Under the pieces are notes generated by a model. It ran no database searches. It was not told the origin of the DNA and worked only from the letters and a program-made list of their open reading frames with translations. Shown in pieces: positions 50,281 to 64,000 of a stretch of DNA of 64,000 nt. Position 1 is the stretch's first letter. Each line of letters starts with the position of its first letter. Source of the DNA: Camelus dromedarius (taxonomy: Eukaryota); contig NC_087437.1 in NCBI RefSeq assembly GCF_036321535.1, forward strand, positions 64,668,001 to 64,732,000, written 5' to 3'. The translations under genes and the position numbers were made by a program.

Positions 50281-53200
50281 GAAACATTTAAAAAATATAT
50301 TTACATTTTGAAATGTTTACCTCTGGTTCCATCTATAGAAATCTGCTGGAATGTAATACAGATATTAAACTTCAGGATATTACCCTCTTCAGCTATAAAT
50401 ATGTAGCTGTTTAAATATAACCAGATGTGCCAGAGCCTCATTATATTTATTTCTTTGCTGTGGAGAAGGTGCTATGGGGTTTTGGCTCTTTTCAGATCCT
50501 CCTTTGTTTCCACTTTAGCTCACGTCCCTATAGTTTTCCCTTTTAAGAAAACAGCAGGTGTCCACTGAGTGAAATGTCAGAGGAGGCCTTATTTTAAAGT
50601 CAGCTGTAATGGAGATGGGATGTAGACCTCAGAGTTAGTGAAGCAGAGCTGTTTCTTTAAAAGTTTTAAGTGTGGCATCAAAAAAAGAAAACAGTTGAAA
50701 TGTATACCATATTTTAGTACGTGAATTTTATTGCTGTCTCTTTGGGAGGGGTGCTTAAAGGATAACTTTTAATTCTGACAATAATTTCAAAGTTACAGAA
50801 AAGTTGCAAGAATAGTACAAGGAACTCTCGTGTACCCTTTACCTATATTCACTTGTTTACATTTTGCCCCACCTGCTTTATAATTCATTCTCTACACCTT
50901 CCCTGCCCCTTCCATCCTCCCCTCCCTCTTTCCCTGTCTTCCTTCCCACCCCTTATACACATTTTTTTCCCTAACCATTTTGAAAGTATGTTGGACACAT
51001 AGTACTCTTTTACCCCTACATATGTTGGTTATTTCCTAAGAACAGGGGCTTTTGCTTACATGAACACTGTACAGTTATTAAAATCATGTCTGTACTGTAA
51101 GATGGCACAATAGGTGACTTACTGATCCTTGTGTGTCAGGTGCCTGAACATCCAGTATGGGATGGAATCATTTTCATACTGCACAAGCTGTGAAGTTTGC
51201 CCTTTGTTTAGTAGATGTAGCCAGACTTTGAAAAAGGGACCTTGCCGTCTCTCTCAAGCCTTTGTTCTCTATCTACATACAAGTGAGTGTGTGCACTTGG
51301 AGTCATACCACTGATGCAGTATGTCTTGCTGGATACAGGGTTCATCCACTGTCTTTACTGTTCTCCTTGTTCATGATGACTGCTTCAGCCCTGTCTTCCA
51401 TACCTGCTCATTCATCAGCCAGTGGTGGGCTCTTCAGACAGTGAACTTAGGCCATAATCATCTTAACCTATCCTCAGTGTTTGTGAAGGCTCGTAGATAA
51501 TTTATAAAAAGCTGGTTAAAAATCTTAATTATTTTTGGATTTTGTATTTTAATAAACTGTTGAAATACTGACAAAGGAAACTGCAGGGCAGGGCTGTTAC
51601 ATCAGAAACTGAAGAATCACTATTTGCAAATTAAGCCAAAGATTAGAGTGACTCTTGTTAGCAGAGAACAAAGTTCAGAAAGCACTGAGTGTTTGGGAGT
51701 GATGTGTCACAATTTGTCTGCCCTCAGTTCTAGCCATATGCCTTTAGAGCCCAGAGAAAATCACCAGGGTGACCACTGCAAGGAGGACTTTTACCAACCA
51801 GGCAGTGAGTTATGAAGGTAGCTTTCTAGCCTGATACTGCGTAGGACCAGCATAGAGGGTAACCATGAATGGTACTTAAGCAAATAAAGGAACTTGAATT
51901 TTTTTTTTTCAAGTTTGCTATGAAGATTATGGAACCAGAAAGAAATAGCTCTTAGAGATGTTCCAGCTCTACCTCTTCATTTTCTATGTTTGGAAACAGA
52001 CTCAGAGATACTAACTAACATCCCCAAAGCCACAAGCTAGTAAGTGGTGGAACTAAGACTTTAACGTATCTCTTCTGATTCTGGATTCAGTCAGCGTTTT
52101 TATATTAAGTTGGGGCTAATAGTCAAATGCTGATTACTTTAGTGAACATGATTTATTTATATACAGTGATGCCAGTCTGAAAGTTCCCAGTTCTTTACCT
52201 GAATCCTTAGCTCAGAAAAAGCACATTTCTGCTGGAACTATATAACAGCTGTCACCTGTTAGTGGCCTTTGAGAAGAGGTTCACCTGTTTAAGACCCAGA
52301 GCCTCAAAAACAACCATCTCAAAGATAGTGTTTGGTTGGTGGCACTGAAATTGTTTTAGAAGCTGGCTATGATATCTGCAGTGTTCAAGAATAAATAAAA
52401 CATGGATTATAAAGATAGTTCTAAAGAAATAAATACCATCTACCACTTAGTGGTTTTCTAACCTTGTAAATTTATTGCTTTGAAACTTCTGATTTTCAGT
52501 TTATAAAATGGAATTGATACTTAATAACTTCTTGGGGTTTTTTTTTATGAAGATTAATATAAGAGCTAGCATATTGACTGATACAAAGTAGCAGTTTCTT
52601 TCCTTTTTTGAGTCTCTGTCTAGGACTTTATATTTGTTACATTAATCCTCTTTACAGTATCCCCTCAAGCAGAGGTTTCCACCTTTTGTTTAACCACTAC
52701 TTAAGGGGTTTGGGAGGATTCACAGTCTTCAGTGGCATTACATTCTCTTTTTGGACAGTTGTAGTTGTTCAAAGATTTTCTTGTTTATTGTGAAAATCTG
52801 TCTCCCTGTAACACGTGCTGATCCTTAATCTTTTCTCTGGAGCTATACAGGGTAAGTTGAAACCCATTTCTACATGACATCCCTTTACATATTTGAGAGC
52901 AATTTTGAAGACTGTCTTAGTAGCATGTTGCGACACTGTTCTTTTAAGCTGTTTCTTCTTTGGCAGAAAGTCCAGGCTCTGACAGAGCAGTAAAGCCTTA
53001 AGATGATTTCTGTTCTATATAGCTGATTAAGATCTGAAACTGTGGTTGAGGTGTTATAGACAGGCTTCCTCAGGCTTGCTACTGTTCCACAGCATGTCAG
53101 AAATTCACTCATTCCCCTTGTTCTTGGTTTCAGTCCTGTGTACTGGTCCAACAAGGAGTGTTGGATCAGTACCAAGTCCAGACTTATTAGTGTTACATAT

Positions 53201-54325
53201 GCATGTCTCAAACCTCCAGCCTGAGCTGTGCTCCTAATTTATGGTTAAGTTCTTTGGTTCTTTGACAATTCATGGTTGCTCAGGTCTTGTCTAGCTCTCT
53301 GGTATTTTGTTCCCAAATATCCTGAGTGAGTCTTGGCTTTGGCCTGAGGAAATCATCCTGCTTCTAACCTCTTGGCTGCCTCAGTCTGTATGTAGTTCAT
53401 GCTTTTTTCTCCTAATTTTACTGAATATTTTCCAGTCCTCCTTCTGGAACTAACTAGCTTCTTTCCTTTCAAGCCTCTCTTACCAGAGGCGACTAGGAGT
53501 ATGATGGGCCCTGCCTTCTGGGCCTGGCAATAGAATTGGCTACTTTTTTTTTTTAATGAAGTAATTGGATTGGCAGTTAAAAAGAAAGTTAGAAAGACTT
53601 CAGCATTTTTAGCCTCAGACCTCTGGTTGTGTGGTTAAGGTGTGGAAAATTCATCCGTTTCTAGATCACTTGGGCCTTACATATTCCCCTTCTCTTGTTT
53701 TTCTTCCTGTTTCTTTTTCCTGTATTCAAATCAGATTGCCACCTCCTTGTCCTTTTGTTTGTTTGTTCCTCTGTGCTACCTTTGCAAATCTGTATGAGGA
53801 TCAATAACTAGAACTGGAATTATTCAGTTCAAGGACACGTGAACCTACGTTTTTGAAAAGTGTTACCATATTGTCCTCCATTAAAGTTGCAACAGTTTAT
53901 ACTCCTCCTAAAAATGTGTGTGAGTTTATCTTTTCCTGTGCTCTCCCTAATACTAGGTTTTATTGGCCTTATCAGACTTATTCATTTTTAAAAATTATTG
54001 TCATTATGATTTAATTTTCATTTCTTTATACGTGAGTAAGATTGTGCATTTATGAATATGTTTATTGGCCATTTCTGTTTCTTCTGTGAACTATCTTTGA
54101 GTAGCATTTGAGTTTTTTTTTTTAAGCTCTCAAGGTAATTAGAATATGCAGCAAAGCTTGAGAACCTTGGCTTTATAAGATTTAGTAATTGATTAAATAT
54201 GAGGAGAATAGTTAGGTCAAAGAAGGTTTCAAAATCTGGCCTAGGCATTACCATTAACAAAGAATGCAGGAGCCGCAACTGGTTTTCTTAGGAAAACATT
54301 ACAGAATTCGGTTTTAATTCTTTAA

Positions 54326-54424
<99 letters not shown>

Positions 54425-56892
54425 TAAAATAATGTTGCTTCTTGGAGAGAACTAGGAGGGAAACAGAACTGGCAAAGGGAAACGGAGGGAAGTGGGGAGT
54501 AAGGAGTGCCTTGGGCTCTTAAGAAGAATAAAGAGCCTTTATTTACAAGCAGCTTAAAGTTTTAACTTTTGAGGGGGTGGAGGGCTGCAGTTAGCATCCA
54601 AATAGAGCCATCTTATAAACATTAGCTTTACGGTCATGGTAGAATTGTATGATCGTCATGGTAACAGAACTGAAGACATTCTGTATGTTTCCTAATAGTA
54701 ATTATGAGTTATTTGGTATTTAGAGTTATTACATGTTAACTCAGAACCTTCAACCAGGTTATTTGTTTAAATTAACCCTTCCGAGGTCAGTTACTTTCCA
54801 TAACTTTCCATTATCAGTAGCTACCTTTCACAGTTGCTTGTTTTCGAACATATCTGATCATGAAACATTTTTGGTATGGAGCTTTACTGGGTGTATCTGT
54901 ATACCCTCTCTAAAACTTCAAGGGTTTCCAAAGGGCAAGATCTATTAAATCTGAAAGAATGAACTGGAAATTTTATTTTATCCTTTGAAATTAACCAATG
55001 GAATGGGGCTGAACCCAGAGAGAGGTTAACTGAACCAAAAACTGAAACATACCAACTTGCAGAGCCATGAATAAATTACAAAATACAAATTGATTTTCTT
55101 TGCTTTATTACATTTCTTTATCCTATCCTCTTTGCCAAGATTTTCAATTCCTGCTCTATCCACCTACATGATAAGGTGTTTGCTCCTTGAAAGACTTTGG
55201 CAACATTTGTCCACTTACATTCTCTGGTGAGATAATATTTACTCTTGGGGTGGGATGGGGATGGGTACAGTGAACATCTGGTTTGGGAACTCCAGTGCAG
55301 AGGTTGATGTATGTAAAATGTACTGGGAAGAGTGAAGCCTTTTTAGATTTGATGCTTGTTTAAAAGAAAATCTGCTCCATCCACTCCACAGAAAATAAGG
55401 CTCTTTGTTTTAAAAAGAAGAAAATGTGGCCATGGTGCCAGTAAAATGGTTGGGAAGTCATTTGGAAAAAGGATTTGTTGAGGTTCGGCCAAGTTGAATA
55501 TATTGTCCCAACCAGTATGTCAGGGTCACTAATCTAAAGCCTCCTTTGGTCTGAGCACTGGGAATGTCAGGGACATATCAAGGCTGGGAGCCATAAGACA
55601 AAGGAGTTGGAAGAGAGTCTGTGTAATTTCTACATGTTTTCTTTTAATTGGGAAATACACATGCCAAAGAGCATGGAACATGTAGAATTTAAAGAGTATT
55701 AATAAAATGAATACATGTCTACCACCCAGCTTAAGAAATTGAATAATACCAGCACCTTGAAAGTTCACTATGTAGATTATTCTTTTGTTTTTATAATAGT
55801 CCACATTAGCTAACATGGCTTGGTTTTTGAGTTTTTTTGTTTTTGTTTTTTACCTTAAAATGGTTTGTTCTTACATCAATGAAGCATGAGGGTAAACTGG
55901 GAGAATTATTTTAAATTTTTAAAAATTTGGACACTTAAAAATTTTAGACAAATGATTTAAAATTTTTTTAAGTATTTAAAGTTCTGCAGTAAGCATTCTA
56001 CCTCTCATCCCTCTCTTTCAGCCACCTCCTTTCTTCCCTTTCCTCTCAAAGGATAGTATATGCTTTCAGATATTGTACCTTTTGAAATTTTATGTATGTA
56101 TGTGTGAATACACGTGCGTACACACACACATTTCTGAAATCCTTTATCAGACAAATGGAAGTGTATTGTCCACACTTTTTTCCCTTAATATATTTTGGAG
56201 AGCTTTTCAAATCAGAACTTAAAGAGCTTCCTTGTTCTTTTTTAGTTTTGCATTATATTCCATAGAATGGGTGTACCAAAATTTTTATTTAACACAGTCT
56301 CATATTGACTTAATCATAGAATGTTCTTTTAACACTTATGATATGTCGTTTGTTTAGTTTTTAGGAAGCAGGGTAAATAGAGCAAAACATGTAAATTTAT
56401 ATAATATTGCAGAAGACTAGTCTCCTTTCAGGTACACACTTCCTTCAAGTACGGGTGCCTACTTGTGAGAAGGAGCTGGCATTCCTTTAGAAAAGCATGA
56501 CAGATCTCTAAATAAAATCTGCATTATAAAAGAATTTTTAAAAAGCTTTATCTTAAACTTATTTTAGATATTTTTGTCTAACTGTCCAAAATATGTCCAG
56601 AATGAGTGACTAGAATATTTGTTAGTTACTAAACAAGCTAGCTTATAATGATCTTTTCCTTGAATAATTTAAATTTTATTAAAATATTGAAATTGTCATA
56701 AATGTATATCAAGGCCTTCTGTGCTCTTAGCACCTGGTAAGTCATTTGGTACTAGTGAGGAAATTCCTCTGTTCCCTAAATCTGTTGACCTGAGACAAAA
56801 AAGGTTATATCCACCTGAACCATGCCAAATTTAATTCCAGGCCTAATTTGTATAGGATGACTCAATGACTTGTTTCTGTTCAAATATCTTAG

Positions 56893-56943
56893 GTGTTTAA
56901 TGAACGCTGCCGAATTCACTTCAAGCCTCCAAAGAATGAATAA
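56893..56943 (+). CDS. MIX23: MIX23/CCDC58 coding exon 5 (last)
   Basis: CTTAG|GTG acceptor. Encodes VFNERCRIHFKPPKNE* with TAA at 56941-56943. Confidence 0.96.
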   Translation: MFNERCRIHFKPPKNE

Positions 56944-57182
56944 AAAGATACTTTTTAAAAAAAAAAAAATGGACCGGTCATCTCATAAGAGCTAAGCATG
57001 ACAGACATCAACACGGTGTGCTTCCTAGGAAGATTTCTGAGCCAACAGTCCAAGACCTTTTGTTGATTTTAGCCCCACTTAGCCAAGACCTCAAGTATAA
57101 ATAATTCTCATAATTATGGAGAAATCAACTGCTGTTTTATACTGATTCTGTAAAAAAAAAAAAAAAAAGATGTTTTGTAACT

Positions 57183-57188
57183 ATTAAA
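57183..57188 (+). terminator. Candidate MIX23 poly(A) signal (ATTAAA)
   Basis: ATTAAA ~240 nt after the stop, with U/GU-rich sequence downstream ('ttatttgattgtttt'). Confidence 0.55.
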
Positions 57189-57669
57189 ATAATTTTCTGA
57201 CTCAGTGTACAGAATTATTTGATTGTTTTCCAAGTTGAGACAGTTAAGTTCTTGTAAGAGTATTTGAATACAGTTTTAGTATCTGATTTGATTTGTATTG
57301 TACCTTTATGAATCTTACAGATTTATTGGCATGAACGTAGACCTTTTGAGTCATTGATAATTTTCTCTATTTATCTCTTTAGGTTTATTGCTCTTAAGTA
57401 AAAGTGCAGTATTACAGGCTGGATACTGTCCAAAGAAACTTTTTCTTAGTACCTTAACTTACCTTGTTTTCATATGAAAAAACTAATGTTGGGTAGGATT
57501 TTTTCCTAGGTAGTGTTTCTGTGGACAATGAAAAGGAAAGCAGTAAAACAAATTCAGAAAATGGAAAAGCAGAGTAGGGCTTACATAATAGTATTCAAAT
57601 GAATCAGTTAAAAACCTGATGTAATTGGAGGATTTGGTCTTGTGAAAAGCACTTTCTAGTACAGAATGA

Positions 57670-58263
57670 TTTTATTTGTTTTCTATTGCTGCTTAACAGA
57701 ATTAGGAGCTTAAGACCACCACTGTTTATTGTCTTACAGTTCTGTAGGTCAGAGTGCCAGGAGCACTGGACTGAGTTCTCTGCCTAGGGTCTCACAGATT
57801 GAGATCAAGTAGTAGCCAGGATGTGCTCTTGTCTGGAGTCTCCAGGGAAAGAACCTGCTTCCAGGCTCGTTCAGTTGTTGGCAGAGTTCAGATCCTTCTG
57901 GTACGTAGAACTGAAGTCCCCATTTCCTTGCTGGCTGTCATGGGCCACTCTTAGCTCCTTTTGAAACCCACCTTTTTGACACCTTGGCTCCCTTCTTTCC
58001 AAGCTAGCAACAGTGCACTGAATCCTCCTTCTTGGAATCTGACTGACTTCTTTGCTATAAGACAAACTCTGCTTCTAAAGGGTTTGTGTGTTTATATTTT
58101 ACCATAATAATCTTCCTTTTGATTAACTCAGTGTTAACTGATTATAACTCTATATCTGCAAATCCCTTTTGCCAGGTAACATCACAGATATAACGTCTTA
58201 TATTTAGTCTGAGGGATTAGAGTGGGATATTTTGGAGACCCATTTTAGAATTCTGTCTATCAC
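57670..58263. mobile_element. MaLR (MLT1-like) solo LTR
   Basis: 'ttttctattgctgcttaaca...ttacagttctgtaggtcagag...agggtctcacag...cattttagaattctgtctatcaca'. Confidence 0.7.
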
Positions 58264-60379
58264 AATTTAAACACAAGTCACCTGGTTCTTGCACTGTTCC
58301 AGTGACCCAGCAGGGTTACAGGTAGGCTATGTATTTGTTCAGTACATTGACCATCAGATTAGGCACTTGAAAATGAGTGGTAAAGGTATAAAGTGCTCGT
58401 TTCAAAAAACAACATTGAGCATTTACTGTGGGTCAGATACTGTTGTCATTGGAGATACTGATAAATAAGACCTACTTTTGTGGAGATTATAATTTAGTCT
58501 TTTCAGCAAGAAGGAAGATCCTAGTGCCAGTGGTGAAAAAGATTTTCTATAGGAATTACATATTAATGAATAGTTCAGGAATCCTTGGAAAGTATTCATA
58601 ACAGCCTTTCCAGAATTTCAGTTTCACTAAAATACACTGGCTAATTCATGTTAGCAGGACGCCTGAGTCTTTCCAGTGTGCCATATTATTTTTTTAAATG
58701 TGCAATAATGACAGTATGGAGTAACTTTTAGTATAAATGAATATTAGTATGTTTAGTTTGTGGTGAATGGCATTTAAAGCCACCAATGTGAAGAAAAGGA
58801 TGGTGCCTTGCTTTTGAAAGTGGATTTGCTTGCTGAAATAGTGTCTTGCATGTAATTGCTGCCTTTCAGCAACTTGTTGATTCTGTTGCTTGAAAGATAG
58901 GTAGGATTTAGCCAAAAAGAGAAGAAACTGTGCAGAAAGTTCAGAGATGAGTTTGGCCCTTCCTCGGCAGGACAGAAGGTGGTCATAGAGGAAACAGGGA
59001 TAATAATCCATTTGTAAATTCTTTTAACAATATTTAAATGCCTTCCATATTTTAGGCATTATTAGCCACTGCTAATATATCACTGAACAAAACAGATAAA
59101 AATACCTGCTCTCAAAGAGCTTACATGTAGTGAGGGGAGACAAACCATAGAAAAGAAGTAAATTATATAGTATGCTAAACAGTGATAAATTGCCACGGGG
59201 GAAAAAAAAGATCAGGAATGGGGTGTGGAGAGTGGGTTGCAAATGACTGTTCAGTTAAGAGAATATTATAACACCCTGGTCTTTGAAAAGCCGATTGAAA
59301 TAGAGACTGAAATATTCCAGATAAATACAGTCATAAAAAGAAACTTTTCTAATAAGTTAGTCTTTTTTAAGTCGTGCTCCAAAGATACCAGTATATCCAG
59401 TGCTATTGCAGTAGACACTGCTTCTGTGCCACACTACGTATTTAACACTGTCCAGAAGTAACTTGTGAGCTGGGAGATTAGTCAGATGTGTGGCCTTATT
59501 TCTAATCAGGAAAAGTGAATATTCTACTTAGAGTTAGGTGATCTAGTTCAAATAGGCTGGAGATTACTTAGGTTACTCATGATTTCAGTGTGTACTTCGC
59601 CTCATAGATAAGCCTTGATTGATTCTTAAAAGATACTTTAGTTGAGCATGAACATTGAAGAATAAAGAAAATAGTCAAAAGATGATCATTCCTGATAGGG
59701 ACAGCATTTAGAAACAAACAAACAAAAAAGCCAAATTTACTTGCAGCATTATGTTTTGAGAGGAAAACCAAAATGTTAAGAGGTTTATGCCAAGATAGCG
59801 CCCAGCTTCCGTATGCAGTGGCTAACTGAGGGCACTCCTGTAAAGGAGAAATGACCTAGCCTAGGTGAAGGTGAATTTCCCGGTACATTAAGAAGGGACA
59901 GCAAATCCAGTGGCACTTAAAGGTAATTGCTGTGGATTTAATGATTTTTCCACTCCAGTTTTAAAACCTAGGAAACAAAATCTGTCTCCTGCTTAAAATT
60001 CCCCAGTGGCTTCTCACTTCCTTGATAAGTTTAAGTTCCTCAAAATGGCCTCTGAAGTCCTTCATGCTCTGGCTCCTGCTTACCTCCAATCTCCCCTTCT
60101 CCACAGTGCTCTTCTCTATCGATAGGGAGCTGCATTCTGCTCCCAGAGAGGACCCAGTCACCTCTGAACTGTACATGTTCTCTCTTTACCTGGCCAGTTC
60201 CTACCTGTGCTTCTTGTCTTAGCTATGATTTCCTTCAGCAAGCCTTTTCTGACCTTTCACATACAAATTAGGTGTCCCTTTTATGTGCTCCCATGATCAG
60301 CACCTCTCAGGATCTTTATCATGCTATTCAGATACTGTTTACCTCTCCCCTACCAGCTTTCAAGGGCTGGTGCTGTGGT

Positions 60380-60925
60380 TCTCAGTGCCTGGGAAGGATG
60401 AGCCTGAGACACTGCTAGTTTTCTACCCCAGATCCATTTCCCTCTTCCTGACCAATAGAATCCTGATTTTTGTCCAGAGTGGCAGTGTGCCCAGCTTCCC
60501 TTGCAGCCACTGAGACTAGTGAGGAAATTTTGGCCAATAAGCTGTAAACAGAAGACTGCTGGGGCATTTCTGAGAAGCTTAGTTTCCTGATAAAGGTATT
60601 ATCCCTTCCTCCTCTTTTCTACCTGGAGTATGGTTAGAGTGGCTGTAAGTGCCAAGAATGAGGACTATTTGCCTGTGTGGTGACAAACACAAAGATGAAA
60701 ACCACCTGTTAAGGATGACTGAATAGAAAGATAGGAGACTGGATCCTTGATGGCATTGTGGGTTGCCATTCTGGAAGGCTATCTGTGTCTCTAAACTTAC
60801 TATTACGTGAGGGCAGGGATTTGCATCTGTTCATTCAAGGGATGTAACAGGAGTGCTTCACCTATTTGGTTGAGCCTCTGTATTTAGGATTCTGTTTTAT
60901 TCAGCCAAAAGCAGCCCACTGTCTA
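60380..60925. mobile_element. Old MaLR (MLT1J-like) LTR
   Basis: 'tgcccagcttcccttgcag...ggccaataagctgtaaacagaag...ggatccttgatggcattgtgg...attcagccaaaagca'. Confidence 0.5.
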
Positions 60926-63319
60926 AATATTTTTTCAATGAATGAAAAGTATAAGGTTAATAATAGCTCATTTGCTCAGTGCATACCACAAACTAGGCAC
61001 CATTCTTAGTACCTTATGTGATTGCCCCATTTGGGAGATGAACCTTGGGAAAACTAATAAGGAAAGGCTAGAGAAGACCAGGCACTAAGTGAAGGAACAG
61101 CCAGAACTGTGTGAAGCAATTTGGGGGAAATCTGTCTCATTTCCCTAAGAAGGAAGACTTGGCATTAATAGCCAGTCCAATGAGGGCCTGTGCATTACTT
61201 GGTTCCTAAGGACTGGGATCAGATCTCATTCAAATATTGCAATGTGCAAATGCAGTTCTATCTGCTCAATTGTTCAACCCGTATTAAGTCTCTCTCCCTA
61301 ACCAGTCATACCTTACTTCTCTAAGGACAAAATATTCCTGTCTGCCTGTCTGTTATCCATCCATCCATCCACCCATCCATCCATCTATTTATCCATATAC
61401 TTGTCATGTGGATCAGATACCATGCCAGAGCCCTTTGTAGGGAAGACGTTTTGGCCCATAGCTCCTACTTAAAGAGCACTCCTTGGTAGTCCATTTTACA
61501 CTATACTGATTGAACCAAAGCTGGGCAACTGACCCCAAAACTGCCAGATCTTAAGTTAGTCAGTGTCCTGTGACATGTCCTAGATCTAAAAGGTGATCTG
61601 GACAATCAAATTCGTTAATGCTTTGAACCAAGAAATACTGAGAAAATGATGTAGTTAGCAGTGGAAAGTGAATCCTGAGGGAGAATGATGATAAGGTGCA
61701 ACAGGGGCCAGGACAGCCCATTGTTCTGAGAAAGCAGGAGCTATGAGGATGCACACCATGAGGCAGAGCGAAGTTATTCAGAATAGAAGAGACATTGCTA
61801 GTTGGAGCTGGCAAAAAGGTGGACAGAGACAGAGATGCAGACAACTGCTTGGAGAATAGCTGAGACCCATTAACGATGGACCCCTAGAGTGAAAACCCAG
61901 CACCACAGCTCCTCAGGTTCTTAGAGCTGCCTTGGCTTCTGGTTCTGGCTGTAAGCCCCTGTTCCGTATCGGTCCTTCTTCTCCACGAGGCCTGGTTCTT
62001 TGGCATTTTCTAGATTTTTAAGCTGATACAGCTTTCTGATAAATCCCTGCATTACATAAAATAAATGAAGTTCTTTTGAACCAAAGGATCCTATCAAGAA
62101 CATTAAGAAGTGAGTCAGGTGGCCAAGCAGTATCTTTCTGTTTCAATAATCCATTGGCATTAGGACATTTTTTCTTCATCCAATACTTTCTCATATTGTC
62201 GTTTAGAGCACCAGGGACGTGCTTGGATAGCTCCTTGGCAGAAACTCCCTACAGTGTCTGAATTCAAGTTCCAGCACAGGAAACCTGGGAAACCGCAGAA
62301 GCCTTCAGCACCCAGGATGAGTTTTGGCCCTCTCCTAAATGAGAAACATGCCAAAAATTGATTGAGTCACTCCCTTAGGTAAGTGAAGAAACGTGTTTCC
62401 CAAGAAAGAACAGAGTAGGCATTGCCTACAACCCTGGGCAAAATCATGACGTCTGAATCTTCACTCGGCCTTATACCCGGTCCTTTAACCATGGTCCACT
62501 GGCAGAGAATTCTGGAAGTGCATGACAGATACCGGAGTTGAGTCCCTCTTCTTTGCAAGGCAAGAGCTCATTCTCTCAGTCTCTCTCTTTGGGATTAGTG
62601 AAAATAATTTTTACAATAGAGTACACATTCTTGCTCCCAGATTATACTTCAGATTTGGTGGGGGGAAATGTTTGAGAAATTAATTTTTTTCCTTCAATTG
62701 CAATGGTATTGCTAAGGGAAGATAGGTCTTTTGGGGAAAAACTTGTTCCTTTATCTGAATAAGCCCTAAATGGCCAATCAAGTTTTGAACACCCTTTCCA
62801 TCAACAGTTTATTCAGTTGTAAGTCTGTTTTCTTTTTGTTACTCTAGGAATCCCAACAATTCTTGGGGAATTAGTCTAATTGTTCAAATACCACTTCCTT
62901 ATCCTTTAAAATAAGCCACTCCCTTTAAAAAGAGTTATCTTCTGGGTTAAAACTATTTTTAACAGTTCCACTGTAACTATACATTCCAGTTTCCCACTTT
63001 TTAACCAATTTGTAATTTATTATGATATATACAAAATATGGACCCAAATGATTATTTCCCCACAAAATGTAATTTTTCTACAACATTTTGTAAATAAAAA
63101 ATTATTTTCATACTGTCTTTATTTTACCCAACTTAAACAGATTTGGGTCACACTTTCTGACTTTTTTTTTTTCCTGTTTCCATTATCTCTTTTGTTTTGT
63201 AATCTACTATCAGAAAAATGAAATATTTTGTAATAAATTTTAAACTTTGAAATATATTTTAAATTTTATTAGGGCAAGTATTTCCATTAAACTATTTTCT
63301 CTTTTCTTTTATACCATAA

Positions 63320-63470
63320 TAGTAGTCAATCCCAGCTGACATTAGAATCACCTGGGCTCTTTACCAGAGATCCTTATTTAATTGGTCTGCAGTGAGTCCC
63401 CAACCTAGATTTTTTTAAACTTACAAATTAAGTGATTCTAATATGCAGGCAAAATTGAGAATCACTACAC
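63320..63470. mobile_element. MER5A-like fragment
   Basis: 'cattagaatcacctggg...ttaattggtctg...gtgattctaatatgcaggcaaaattgagaatcact'. Confidence 0.6.
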
Positions 63471-64000
63471 ACAGTACTTGATCTTCTTTCCTATTTACTC
63501 TCTTTACTATTGTGTTCTCTTTACCATGAACCCTACCTAACAAGCAACAGGATGTTTATCCATTTATTCAAGTCTTTTATTTCTGAAAGTGAAACAGTGT
63601 GATTGTCTTTGCATAGGTGCTGTATGTCCCTTATTAGACTAATTCTTAAACATGTGATGTATTCCGACGTTCTACATCAAAATCAAGATAAAGTAAAAAC
63701 AAATCTAATCAACCTGATTATGAACTTTCATGTATCTTCGACCAGCTCTTCTGTGTATACCGCTTTAGATGTTTGTCCATGTTTGCACTGTTCAGAAAAG
63801 TATTATTACTAGGCCAGTAGAGATCTTTTTTCATTTATTGAACAAAATCTCTACATGCGAAAAGCTGAAGGCAGATGAATAGAGCAGTTTCTTTATTGTG
63901 AAGCATTGAGTTGTCAGTGGTAACCCCCCACCCCCCCCAAATCACTCTTCAAGCTCTTACTTATCTCCTTCAGGGGTCAAAATAGCTGAATAAATGGATT

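Overview
Mammalian genomic DNA, repeat-rich, carrying the WDR5B - FAM162A - MIX23 (CCDC58) gene block. The 3' end of the WDR5B CDS (+) lies at 2-112. A complete 5-exon FAM162A gene (-) has its CDS from 33157 to 3019 (155 aa). It is head-to-head with a complete 5-exon MIX23/CCDC58 gene (+), CDS 34275-56943 (144 aa), across a split CpG-island promoter (~33.0-34.65 kb). All coding exons were read by hand with canonical GT-AG sites and consistent frames. The remainder is intronic or intergenic: one near full-length decayed LINE-1 in FAM162A intron 3, several 5'-truncated L1s, three tRNA-derived SINEs resembling the camelid Vic-1 family (so a camelid host is inferred, not proven), MIR/L2/MER5/MER3/MaLR relics, and two tandem duplications. 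I found no convincing novel biological system. The best second-look items are regulatory or evolutionary: an RCGTG cluster in the bidirectional promoter, a strong CTCF-like site, a Gly at the WDR5 E322-equivalent position, a stop codon inside AATAAA, and nested insertions. Repeat family names come from visual recognition, and their boundaries are approximate.
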